48,422 bases of DNA, taken from Candidatus Micrarchaeia archaeon (lineage in GTDB: Archaea > Micrarchaeota > Micrarchaeia > CAILAH01). The stretch spans positions 1 to 48,422 of the forward strand of contig JAVYLZ010000003.1 of NCBI GenBank assembly GCA_038740245.1. The letters are read 5' to 3'. The stretch's first letter is position 1; the number at the start of each line of letters is the position of its first letter. The position numbers and the translations under genes were made by a program. The notes under the pieces were generated by a model that saw nothing but the letters and a program-made list of their open reading frames with translations, had not been told where the DNA came from and searched no databases. Below, piece after piece: positions 32,513-43,100 of the stretch.

Positions 32513-32552
32513 AACCAACAAGAATGTTTGCAATTATATGAAATGTACAGGG

Positions 32553-35426
32553 CTAGCCGCAATCATTGCAGGCCATCCCTGCAACATACTTGCAGGCATT
32601 ATTGCAGTGCTCTATCTCATTCCACCCGATTGGCCCCCATACGCACACAATATCGCTGCACGAATCATATAGCGCTGCTGAGCATTCACTGGCGCTTGAC
32701 CCGCTATATGCACCACCCGCAGATGGGCACCACCCAGAAATGCGGTTGTATTCTGTTCCCTCACTTATAATTCCACTTTTTCTCCCAATCTCAAGATAAA
32801 CGTTGCACTGCTGGATAAGGCACTGCGGGCTTATCTGCTTTGGCGGTGCGGCCGCCGCTGGCGGCTCATTGTAAGGGCATCCAGGATCCAGCTCAATCGG
32901 TGAGGAAATAGCAAAAATGGTTTCTTCTGAAGAACCCTTAACGTATCCCTCCCCCATAAGGTATACTGAATCGCCTGCAAGTTGTCTAAGTGCAACATTC
33001 TTGAACGTCTTTGCGTTATTCTCGCACGCCGTGTGCCTCTTGTCGCAGTTTGAATCAAACATGGGCTTTATTTGCATCCAGAATGGATCCTCCACAACAA
33101 ATACTTTTGAAGACAATTCATTGCAAACAACTGACTTGCCTCCTGAACGGCAATTGTAACTTGTGCCTGTGCAGACAGACCCAACATCAAGCGAAAGGCA
33201 TTTTGTTGAGATATTCCCTCCTATCAGATCGCATTTGCTGGAGAGAGCTGCATAACACGAATCTGCATTAGGATACCCAAGAGAAATTGGGTTCAGCCAG
33301 CACGCAATAGTTACGGCTCCAGTGCAGTTATTACGCGTATCCGTTGCGATTGCAATGCACGAGTTGTAGAAGCACTCGTTGAACATCGCTTTTTGCGAGA
33401 ACACTAGCATATTCTCAACATTTGTTGATTCTGAAACAATGACCTTGCCGGTGCACCCTTCCTCGGCGCGCATCTCAAACAGCTTGACGCGCTTATCGCC
33501 TTCACCGAGGTATGAGCACCCTGAATAGTACGTGGACTCTATGGCGGACTTTGAGCCGTATATCAGTGGCTGGCCGCGGTATACCACAAGAGGGGTGTTG
33601 GTGCCTGCAAGTGTGCGCATAATATTTGCAAGATACTTATAGCCAAGCTTCCATCCTTCAGAAGATGAAAGGCCGGCAATGAACGAGTCATATGCTGGGC
33701 GCGTTACATTCCCTTTCAAATATTTCTCAAGCAGAACTTTCTCCTCGGCGCTGAGCTCGGTTTCAGAGTTGATGCATTCGGCCGGGGGCGCAATGCTTAC
33801 CACACGGCACGAGCCGTCTGTGCACACATCCTCCATACATTTGCGGTCCTCCTCATCAACTTTGTTGTCGTCGTTGAAGTCATACCGCTTGTCAAATTGC
33901 TTGAGCGCAAGGAACTGGTCAAACAGCTGCAGGTCATAGCCGTCTATGTAGGTGTCGCCGTTGAGGTCATATGTTGCGCCGTTTGGGTTGCACTGCTTCA
34001 TGCAGTCCAAGCATATCTCAGGAGGGCCCTGCTCAAATATCTGGAGGTCAAGACCGCTTTGCAGGTATTCATTATATTCTTGCGGCACGAAAATGTTCCA
34101 ATTATAACCATCGCTCGTGCACGAATAAAGCAGTTCTCCAAGAGTACATGGTTGCTGCAGCATTATGATTTCATCGCATACGATCTCAATGCATGTGTCA
34201 TCTCCGTTTGAATCCGCAAGATTATCTGACCCAGTACCGCCGCACGTGCCTGAGCCAATTTCCATGCACTTCTCAAGCGGCCCGCACTTTGACGGGTCAG
34301 CCTTGCACTGGGGGGATGCGCACGAGTCATCGCACACGTACCCAGCGGGACACGTGTTGCACATCTGCTTGCAGGAGTATGCGGTCTTTTCTGGGGAAGT
34401 GGGCGTGCACACCGCATCAGGGCAGTTTATCTCAACTGTGCCGTCGCTTATTGTGCAGAGCTGGCCGGCCTGCTCTGCAGTGCATTCCTTATCCACACAG
34501 GATGCGCACGCGCCTGTCTTTGGGTCCTTGCACCCAGTCCCCTCACAGGACTCATCGCATACAAAGCCGGCAGGGCACTTGTTGCATACCTCCTTGCACA
34601 CAAACGCGGACAGTGAAGTGTCTGTGGGAACGCACAGCGTATCAATGCACGGGTAAGAGCCGCCCTTGTCGGATGTTATCTTGCAGTATTCGCCCGCCTG
34701 CCACTGCGCTTTTGTGCACGGCTTGTCCGTGCATACCATACAGCTGCCGTCAGAAAGGCAGCAGCCGTTCGGGCACTGCTCACACACATAAGACCCAGGA
34801 AGACCGCAGGATTGTTTGCAGGTATGCTTTTTCAGTGCAGTGTCATAAACGCACGTTGAGGGTATGAGGCAGCCTACACAGTTGCCGGAAGCATCACATA
34901 CCTCACACGGCTCGCCCGCTTTTTCACAGGGCAGTGACTCGCACGTGAGCGGCTCGCACCTGCCCTTTGAGTTGCATGCATATCCATCACAGCATGAGTT
35001 GACATCGTTGGGGTTGCACAGCATCCCCTTTTCACAGGGCTCGCACTTGGACTCGGCGTTGCAGGAGAACCCGTTACAGCAGGGGCTTGACTCGCTGCAA
35101 GTATCTGGATTTACGCATACGTTCTGCGTGCATTCCGCCGGATTATCTATTTTGCAGCATATCCCTTTTCCCTTGTCAAGGTAATATCCTGCACCACATT
35201 TTAGATAGTCGCAATATTCAACGTAATTCCCCTCTTTGTCCTGCACACAGCAGCCGCACTCGCTTGAGTACCCCGCTGGGCACTGGACCGCCTCAGGCGG
35301 GCAGCCGCTGCCGCCTACACCTTGCAGCATCCATAAAATTGCAAGCGCAATTATCACTAGGAGTATAAGCGCAATCAGGGGCCTGAAATCCGCTGTTCCT
35401 TCCTGGTCGCTTCCCATAAGCATCAA
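32553..35426 (-). CDS. Secreted or anchored hyper-cysteine protein (957 aa) with a dockerin-like Ca-binding repeat pair and a C-terminal globular domain
   Basis: The N-terminal hydrophobic segment is PLIALILLVIIALAILWML. Dense Cys modules run to about aa 545. The sequence DLNGDTYIDGYDLQLF...DFNDDNKVDEEDRKCM resembles a dockerin repeat pair. The start overlaps the upstream stop. Confidence 0.7.
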   Translation of the reverse strand: MMLMGSDQEGTADFRPLIALILLVIIALAILWMLQGVGGSGCPPEAVQCPAGYSSECGCCVQDKEGNYVEYCDYLKCGAGYYLDKGKGICCKIDNPAECTQNVCVNPDTCSESSPCCNGFSCNAESKCEPCEKGMLCNPNDVNSCCDGYACNSKGRCEPLTCESLPCEKAGEPCEVCDASGNCVGCLIPSTCVYDTALKKHTCKQSCGLPGSYVCEQCPNGCCLSDGSCMVCTDKPCTKAQWQAGEYCKITSDKGGSYPCIDTLCVPTDTSLSAFVCKEVCNKCPAGFVCDESCEGTGCKDPKTGACASCVDKECTAEQAGQLCTISDGTVEINCPDAVCTPTSPEKTAYSCKQMCNTCPAGYVCDDSCASPQCKADPSKCGPLEKCMEIGSGTCGGTGSDNLADSNGDDTCIEIVCDEIIMLQQPCTLGELLYSCTSDGYNWNIFVPQEYNEYLQSGLDLQIFEQGPPEICLDCMKQCNPNGATYDLNGDTYIDGYDLQLFDQFLALKQFDKRYDFNDDNKVDEEDRKCMEDVCTDGSCRVVSIAPPAECINSETELSAEEKVLLEKYLKGNVTRPAYDSFIAGLSSSEGWKLGYKYLANIMRTLAGTNTPLVVYRGQPLIYGSKSAIESTYYSGCSYLGEGDKRVKLFEMRAEEGCTGKVIVSESTNVENMLVFSQKAMFNECFYNSCIAIATDTRNNCTGAVTIACWLNPISLGYPNADSCYAALSSKCDLIGGNISTKCLSLDVGSVCTGTSYNCRSGGKSVVCNELSSKVFVVEDPFWMQIKPMFDSNCDKRHTACENNAKTFKNVALRQLAGDSVYLMGEGYVKGSSEETIFAISSPIELDPGCPYNEPPAAAAPPKQISPQCLIQQCNVYLEIGRKSGIISEGTEYNRISGWCPSAGGAYSGSSASECSAALYDSCSDIVCVWGPIGWNEIEHCNNACKYVAGMACNDCG

Positions 35427-37087
35427 CCTACCACTATCTCCTTCGGCGCTGTAAAGCAGTTATTAATCTTATTTAGGAGACAAAACTTTTCCAGCTTAGT
35501 GCAGAAATTCCCCCCTACTTCTTCCTTATAATTTGAGACAATATATTCATACGGAGATATCATTGAGGTATCCACCCCAAAAACCGAGCCGTCCTTCTTA
35601 TAGAAAGTATACTTGTGATTATTCGGCCCGAGCTTTTCATACTGTGCACGCAAGCATACATAAGTCAGTAAAGTAGTTCCCTTAGTGACGTAAGCATAGC
35701 CGGACTTGCATATATCCGGGGGCACTTGGAGAGCACCTGCAGGCAAACCGTCATTAGGCACTATGTAAATGCAGCATTTTGATGGGTCCTTGGTGCACGC
35801 AAACGTCCCCCATTCGCACATAAGGTTCGGCGGTGCATGGCAGAACTCCTTTTTACCGGAGGGCGTGTCAAACACCATGCACGAATCGCCCACCATTGGC
35901 GCACCGGTGCATCCCTGCGGGCACTTGAACGTGTTTGGTGGGCATACGCTTACCGTCTGCGTGCCGTATGTGCAGCACGTGCACCCCTGCACTGTTTTGC
36001 ATGGATGGCCGCCTTCACCGCACGCACACTGCCCTGTGAACGCATCACAGCACCCTGTCGGGCATTCAGCAGTGTCGCAGGCGACCTGCCCCTCCGAGCA
36101 GCCGCCCTTCGGCTTGCACACAAACTCGTTTGCTGACTTGTCCTTTGCCGCGCATACCGTATTGTCGGTGCACTTTGAGCACTTATCGCTCCCAGTAGAG
36201 CAGAGCTCGCACGGCTCACCGGGGTTTGTACAGGGAGCGCCTTCACAGTTGCCAGTATATTCACAGCTACCCATTACACACACGCCGCCCGCACAGCACT
36301 CAGAATCCTTTGAGCATGATTTTTCACAGGACTCACATACCTTCTTCTCAAAATTGCAAGCGTAGCCGTTGCAGCATGGGTTATTTTCATCACAGTACGC
36401 GCCTTCCTTGCAGCCGGCACACTTGCCGTTCACGCACTGGAACCCGTCGCACGCGCACATCTGGCCCTGTAAAGGATTGCACGATGCAACGCAGTTCTTG
36501 CACGAGCCGGAGATGCACGCCCAGCCGTCACAGCAAGCACCGGGCTCACCTGGGTTGCAGGCCTTCTCACATGAAGTGCACTTGCCAAGATAGCATTCAT
36601 ATCCGCTGCAGCAGTCCTTAGCGGCGGTCTCAAGCATGCACGGCTTTGCCTCACACGCAGCGCACTTACCGTTAAAGCAGCTCATCCCGGAGCAGCAAGG
36701 GTTCTGCTCATCGCAATATGCGCCCTGCTCGCACCCCTTGCAGTCGCCGCCCTCGCATTTGCTGCCCGCACAGCAGTCGGAATCAGATTTGCAGGGCTCA
36801 ACTGCCACACATACAGCTGGACCTGATGCACAATCCTGCGGGTTTGACAGCGAGCAGCATTTGCCGTCCATGACCGCATACCCGCTGCACGATTTGCATA
36901 TATCAACGGAGCCGTCCGCGTTCTGGACACAGCAGCCGCACGGGCTGTCCGCACACGCATACGAGCCCTCAGGGCACTGTGCGCTGCTTGATGCACACAA
37001 CGCCTGCACTATCAATAACGCAAGCACGCCCGCACCAAGCAGTGCAAGCAGTTTCAGGCCGTTGTCATCCTCATCGCCAAGAGCCAT
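35423..37087 (-). CDS. Secreted hyper-cysteine protein (554 aa) with tandem knottin-like modules; paralog of the 957-aa protein
   Basis: The signal-like N-terminus is LKLLALLGAGVLALLIVQALCASSSAQ. I hand-counted about 86 Cys. There are at least seven tandem modules of the form C-x5-8-CC-x-G-x2-C-x2-3-G-x-C. Confidence 0.7.
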   Translation of the reverse strand: MALGDEDDNGLKLLALLGAGVLALLIVQALCASSSAQCPEGSYACADSPCGCCVQNADGSVDICKSCSGYAVMDGKCCSLSNPQDCASGPAVCVAVEPCKSDSDCCAGSKCEGGDCKGCEQGAYCDEQNPCCSGMSCFNGKCAACEAKPCMLETAAKDCCSGYECYLGKCTSCEKACNPGEPGACCDGWACISGSCKNCVASCNPLQGQMCACDGFQCVNGKCAGCKEGAYCDENNPCCNGYACNFEKKVCESCEKSCSKDSECCAGGVCVMGSCEYTGNCEGAPCTNPGEPCELCSTGSDKCSKCTDNTVCAAKDKSANEFVCKPKGGCSEGQVACDTAECPTGCCDAFTGQCACGEGGHPCKTVQGCTCCTYGTQTVSVCPPNTFKCPQGCTGAPMVGDSCMVFDTPSGKKEFCHAPPNLMCEWGTFACTKDPSKCCIYIVPNDGLPAGALQVPPDICKSGYAYVTKGTTLLTYVCLRAQYEKLGPNNHKYTFYKKDGSVFGVDTSMISPYEYIVSNYKEEVGGNFCTKLEKFCLLNKINNCFTAPKEIVVG

Positions 37088-37129
37088 ACATATTGCACCT
37101 TACTATTATACATTCCAACTATCATCTTC

Positions 37130-40100
37130 CTACTTGCACTTATATTTCTTGTAAAGCGCCATCATTTTTGAGCCGTCGCACTGCGTGCCCTCCTGCCCCT
37201 CAGGCACCTTCCTGTCGCTGAATGTCAGGAGCGATTGCGGCACACCTCCGTAATAATAGCGGCCGCACTGGTCAAACCACGCGCGCGTGTAGGGATCCTT
37301 GCTGTAAGTATTCGGTGGCAACACTGCGCCCGGATCAACGCTTCCTGCACCAATGCCGCCGCCTATCCCCCCCAAGCCTGGGAGGCTGCCGCTCCCGCCT
37401 AAACCGCCCAAACCGGGTATGTTGCCCGCACCTAATACTATGCTAGAGCCTAAATTATTGCCTCCAAACAGCGAGCTAAGGCCTGACATGCCCGCAAACT
37501 GGAACCCGCCTCCTCCGCTTGTGCCACTAATATCAACCAAATTCCCATATTTAAACAGGAGAGATGCGCCCTTGTCCGAAGAGCTCTGGAATGACCAGGC
37601 GCCAACTTTCTGCGAGCCATCAACCCCACCCTGCCCAAATGGAAGCTTGTAGAAAGAAGAGGTGGTGTAATAGAGGCCATAATCACTGCCGGCAGAATAT
37701 GTTGATACGGGCGTGCACGCACCGTCTATCAGGCAGTATTGACCAATACCAATCACCCCTGAACCGGCAAGCATTATGAAGTCCTCTTCATATAGCTGCT
37801 GCACCTGTTCCATAATCTCATCGTGCGTCCAGCACGATTGCCGCTCGTCCATATTCCGGTTCAGCCCAAACCCAAGTATTATTGACGGGATGTCATAGTA
37901 TTTCATAGCATATTCTGAAACGTTGCGTATCCCGTCCAAGTAGTTTGTAAGCTTGCACTGGCCCCTGTATCCAGGCCCGGGGTCATCTATTACAATAACA
38001 AACCCTATCAGGTCTATTGATTCATTTTCTTCAGATTCCACAGCAAGCTGTATCCGAGTGCGCCTAAACGTCTCATTTATCGTCTCTTTCATTGCATTTA
38101 TTTCACGGTTCGTGAGCTTTGTCCCATTAACATGTATGTAGAACGGCAATGTGGATATGCAGCGCTGCATGCGCACGGTGTTATTGCCGGGGCAGTAATA
38201 GCTGTATTCGCATTTGGCGTTTGCATTGCTGCACTGTATTGCCCCCCCATCCTTCTTGCACTGGTCCTTTGGTATTGTGCTGTCGCACATCTTTGTTGCG
38301 CCTTCCCAGTAACAGCAGCATCCTTCTTGGTTGTAATCCTTATAGCTTATGTTCTGCTCAATGTTCTCGCTCTTCGCACCATCAGTACCATCCTTAGGAA
38401 CTTCACACAGCGAATTATCACTATACCCTGTTGCCTGCCTGCAAGTTATCTCTATAGTAGCAATTTGGCTCGCCAGGCCTTCAAACACTAATGTCTTGCT
38501 CACACCGCTTCCGGATGGATATTTTATGTGCGAATTTGGCTTGGTTGTGCTGTCTGCACCCGTACCGCCGCTCCATATGGGGGGAACTTTAACTTCAATT
38601 TCGGTAGGTGCAGAAGATTCAAATTCATTGCCAGGATATGATTCGCCCGCACCGAGCTCAACAAGGCCGTCTACACTCACAAGCTCCGCGGTTATTATTG
38701 CAGGTGTTGCCGGCGCGCGCGGATTCAATTGCAGGTTCTCATATGCGGGATTGTCATAGCCGGGCTTAGGCTCGCTGATGGCCTTGGTTATGTTGGCAAG
38801 CATATTTACTGATTCTGTGCCGCCAACACTTTCCTCGGTGGGCACAAGCCACTGTGAAGTAAGCCCATCCTTAAAGCCGGCTTTGGCATTCTCCACAGGG
38901 ATGCACTTGCGCTCGCCTTTGCTTAGCGTAATCGTTTCAGGGGATGTTCCACCTGTAACCACCTCGCGTGAGTCGCGGCTGTAATCCATATTGGTTATGC
39001 ATACGCCCGTTGTTGCACCTTGCGTTATGCTAATGCTTGAAGGGTCAAACGTGTTCATGTTAAGCGAGACCTGCGTTACAAGGCGCTCAACAAGCACGTA
39101 AATCCTCCTGCCGCTGTGCGGGTTGTAAAGCATATACTTTGCCGCCCTCTCATTAGGATTCAGCGATAGTTTCAACAAGTGGGTGTCGCCACTTGAAATT
39201 GAAGCGCGTGAATAACCATAAGAAGACATGCGTGCAGGTGAATTGAGGTAAGTGTCAATGTCCCTCGGGCTTATTGAGTAATCGTTGTAGTTATTTATGC
39301 AATTAGCATAGTTTGTGGTGCCATCAGCGTTTTTCTCACCAAAGCACGCTGCATTCATCCTGTCAGAAACCAGTTTCTGGAGGTCGTTTGATTGGCCGCA
39401 GGGGTCAACCTTGCCTAAGTACCATACTGCAGTGTCAGGCCCGATATTTCTAAGGGTAAACGACGAACCGTCTGGCACTACTATCTCATCGCCGACCACA
39501 TTCACTGTCATATTGTAAAGGTAAATTTTGACAATATCTTTTGAGATATCCGCAGAATAATTTCTGTATCTCCGTCCACCATCCGGGAATGTTGGGATTG
39601 AATAGCTTACAGAGCCAAGCTTTGTGTCTTCCAGCTTCTTCACGAAAGGCGATATGTGCGAAAACACACTGGTAGCAACTTTCATCTCTATTGTGCCGGC
39701 AGGATCTATCGGAACCTCATTATAACTGCCCACCAGCCCCGCATAATATGCCGGCTCATAAACCGCAAACGTGCCCATCACTTCAGGTGCATACTGCTTC
39801 TGGCCCAGCGGCGGTATTATGTCCTGTATGCCGTTGTATGTATCCTTGCCGTAGCACATCACTTTTATGCCTTTTTTGCTCTTTACCGTAAAGGTCTGTG
39901 TGAGCACATAACCCTTCCCCTGCTCAAGAATCTTTGCGCCTAAATACTCCGATTCGGCAAATTTGTCGGTTGCACTCTCAATGTCATTTATGAGGTAGAG
40001 ACGGCCGCCAGTGAACGCAGTTACAGGTATGCTGCCATACCTCGGCACTGCATAATTGTTTGGGTGCACGTATGTTTCTGTGCATTCGCACTTACCATTA

Positions 40101-43100
40101 TTATTGCTAGATCCAAGCTTGCACATTGAGCACGTGCTCGTAATGGTGCCGCTTACTGGGTCAAACCCGGGCAGCACATACTCATAATATGCGGGCTTAC
40201 CTGCCGGCTGGTCTACAAAATCATATATCTTGTCCTTGTTGTAGTGGGGCTCGTTTGCGTATGGTGTTGCCACAATTTTTGCGAGATCATATTCTGACAA
40301 ATCGGTTCTCGGAACTTTAACCCATACGCCATAATCATCAGACTTGTGGCCGAAAGGCGCAGGGTTTGAGCGGCACCACCACACATCATATGAGTTGCTG
40401 CAGTCTTTATGGTTCATGCAGCCATTAAAGCACTCCGCCTCACCGCTGCAAGAATCTTTGCAAAATTCCTCAAGCGTGCCGCACAAAGTTCCAAACTGGC
40501 TGTAAAATACCGAGCTACCATCTATAATATCACAGTCCTCCCCGCATTCATTGAAATCAATCTCAAGCTCGCAATAATCGTTACCACTGCCTGTATTATC
40601 ACATAGTCTATTCCCTGCTGTATCATACCCACAGAAATAGTTATCATTATTATAATCACTCATTAAGCCACCGCTACCTGGCAGGGGCTCCCATACTCCC
40701 TTATCATTAATCCATCTCTCAATCTTTGGCCCGTTATTCTTTTCGGAATCCTCGCTATAATTAAGCTGGCCCGGAGTAAACGTGAGCCCGCCTTCTGTTA
40801 TCAGCTCACCGTTTGATACACGAATCCGCCTCCAGTCTGGATTGTCCGGGTACTGGAATGTTAAGTACTGGCCGCTCTTATATACGCTAATGTCCCCAAC
40901 AATCTGCGGCAGGATTGGATATGACGGCGCACCGTTTTCTGAGGATGAATGGATGTAATCAATTTCATTAGAGTAATCAAGAGGCATTACAAGTTGGCCA
41001 CCTGAAGTTCGTGCGACTATAATTGGCCAGGCGTATGAAAAGTCCTTGGTTTTCTTTATTGTGCCGGACATATTGAATGGCACATACATGCTCTTCTTTA
41101 CAGCAGCAGTTTGATAGTCCTCCTTAGTAGCATAGTTCCACCATATCTGTGGATACACCGACCTGCTCTTGTTAATTACTATTGAGCCACGCCACACATC
41201 ATAATACTCCAGGTTAAAGAGCTCATCGTTTATGCTCCACGTTGGGTTGGGGGATGGCGGCAGCCGCCTTAACAGGACACTATAGTCCCCAACATTATTT
41301 ACCCCAAAAAGAAGATAGGGCGCGCCATCTTTGGATTTAACTTGTTGATTGCTGAACAGCCGTACCGTATACGCTGATTTTGTGTAGTTCAGGTTGCTTA
41401 TAAAGCCTGGCGCAAGCTGCAATGAACTGCCGTACACTTTTGCGTAAGTACTTTCTAAAGGAGTTCCGGAAATGAAAGGTACAAGCGCAGTAACTTCATT
41501 TTGGCCCACAAATGGCCTATTCAAGTATGCGTTTATGTTAGTGTACCCCATATTGGGCAAAAGCTCAATGTCTGCAAGCTTTTTTGCCGTGCCTACATAT
41601 TTGTCATGGTTCTCCAAAGCATCCAGTATTGCAACAGGAACTGAATAAAGCTCCATATTGTAAGCCGTGTAATAATCATTCGCACCTGCGATATTAAACT
41701 CGTTTTCAGCGTCTTGGCGGATCATTGTGCAGTATTTGGATGGATCATCAGGCCTAAGCATAATCGCACGCGGCTCAAAAGCAAGGTTTTGCACGCTGAG
41801 CGCATAATTATTACGTGATTCGGGTGGGCTAACACTATACTCATCATAAGAGAAGTTGAGCTCCTGCACGGGCTTGACTGGTTTTAAGATTATTTTCTTG
41901 GTTGCCGAACCCTTGGTTAGAGTGAACACAACTTCCTTGTCTGGCATGTCAAACTCCCAGCGCACGCATTTCGGAAACAGGAAATCTCCAACCTTAACCA
42001 TTCTTGATTCGCTGCAAGGTATCTCAGGAGACGACGACACAACTGCATTCACATCATCAAGCGTTACGTTGACAAGTGAGCCGACCACCGCACTGTAATT
42101 CTCCTCCTCAGTCGGGTTCTTCAGCACAACTTCGGCATCGCCTATCCGTGAATACAGGAACACCGGCAAGCTTTGGTGGTAGGCGAGCATTTCGCGTGCC
42201 TTCATAAGCGTATCCTCATCAGGCACACCTGATATCACCTGCACTCCGAAATCAAGCGGGCTTTCACCAACACCCTGCCGATACTCAAGCGCGCTTTTAT
42301 CAGACGGCTTTATAATCAAGAGCCCTAACTGCATAAACTGCGTTTTCTCTGTAAGCTTGATGCCAGAACCGCCGCCAATAAGCGGCCTCCCTGAAACATC
42401 ATATCCCACCGGTACGTTGCCATAATACCCTGCAACAGCTGATGTGACATTGCCTTGCAATGATTTTGTTTTCCCGCTCTCAAAGACAACCTGTGTTCTT
42501 GAAAACATTGAGCTAAAATCAACATAAGTGCTGTTTTGGTCAAAAGTGTTTTTGTTTGGGTTATTTCTACCAAGCGTAAGACGGTTGCCATCCTCCTTCA
42601 AACAAAGAGTTTTATTTTCATAAGGCAAAATATAACTCTGAGAAACAAAGCCAGATATGTAAAGTGTAACTGTCTCATTGATGTTGTTTTTAACTATGAT
42701 GCACGGGGATAACGGCTGCATATAGTTCGTTGCAAACCCGCTGTCGTAAATGTTAAGCTCGTTGTAAACAGTGTAATCATAGTCATCAACGTTCGTGACC
42801 GTAATGCTGCCATGCGAAGATGCACCGGTTATCTCTTTTGGCGGCGGGATATCAATCTCCAAATAGGATGGAATCATCTTACCGTTTACAATATACCCTG
42901 CATTGGGCGGGCCAACCGCCACAAGCACGTTGACGCCGCTTTCATTGTGCCGCATTAAGTAAAGGCCTTCTTGATCCATGGTAAAACAGGACATATCATA
43001 TGCCTTTACGGATAAGACCCTTGCACCCGTTTTTAGAAGTTCTGCCGATGTGCTTGCGAGCACTGACGACTTTGTAACTTTTATTGGCCCGATTATTGTG

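Noticed and set aside
33679-37221. Many plus-strand ORFs of up to 224 aa, for example 34165..34656, 34193..34867, 35769..36365 and 36636..37154.
   Set aside because: They are antisense to the Cys-rich genes. The long open antisense frames follow from the strong TGC/GGC/GCA codon bias (Cys TGC read in reverse gives Ala GCA). The translations are His/Ser/Pro/Ala-rich low complexity.
37353-37652. A Pro-rich 99-aa plus-strand ORF (MPPPIPPKPGRLPLPPKPPKPG..).
   Set aside because: It is the reverse-complement shadow of the Gly-rich tract of the giant protein (GGN read in reverse gives NCC).
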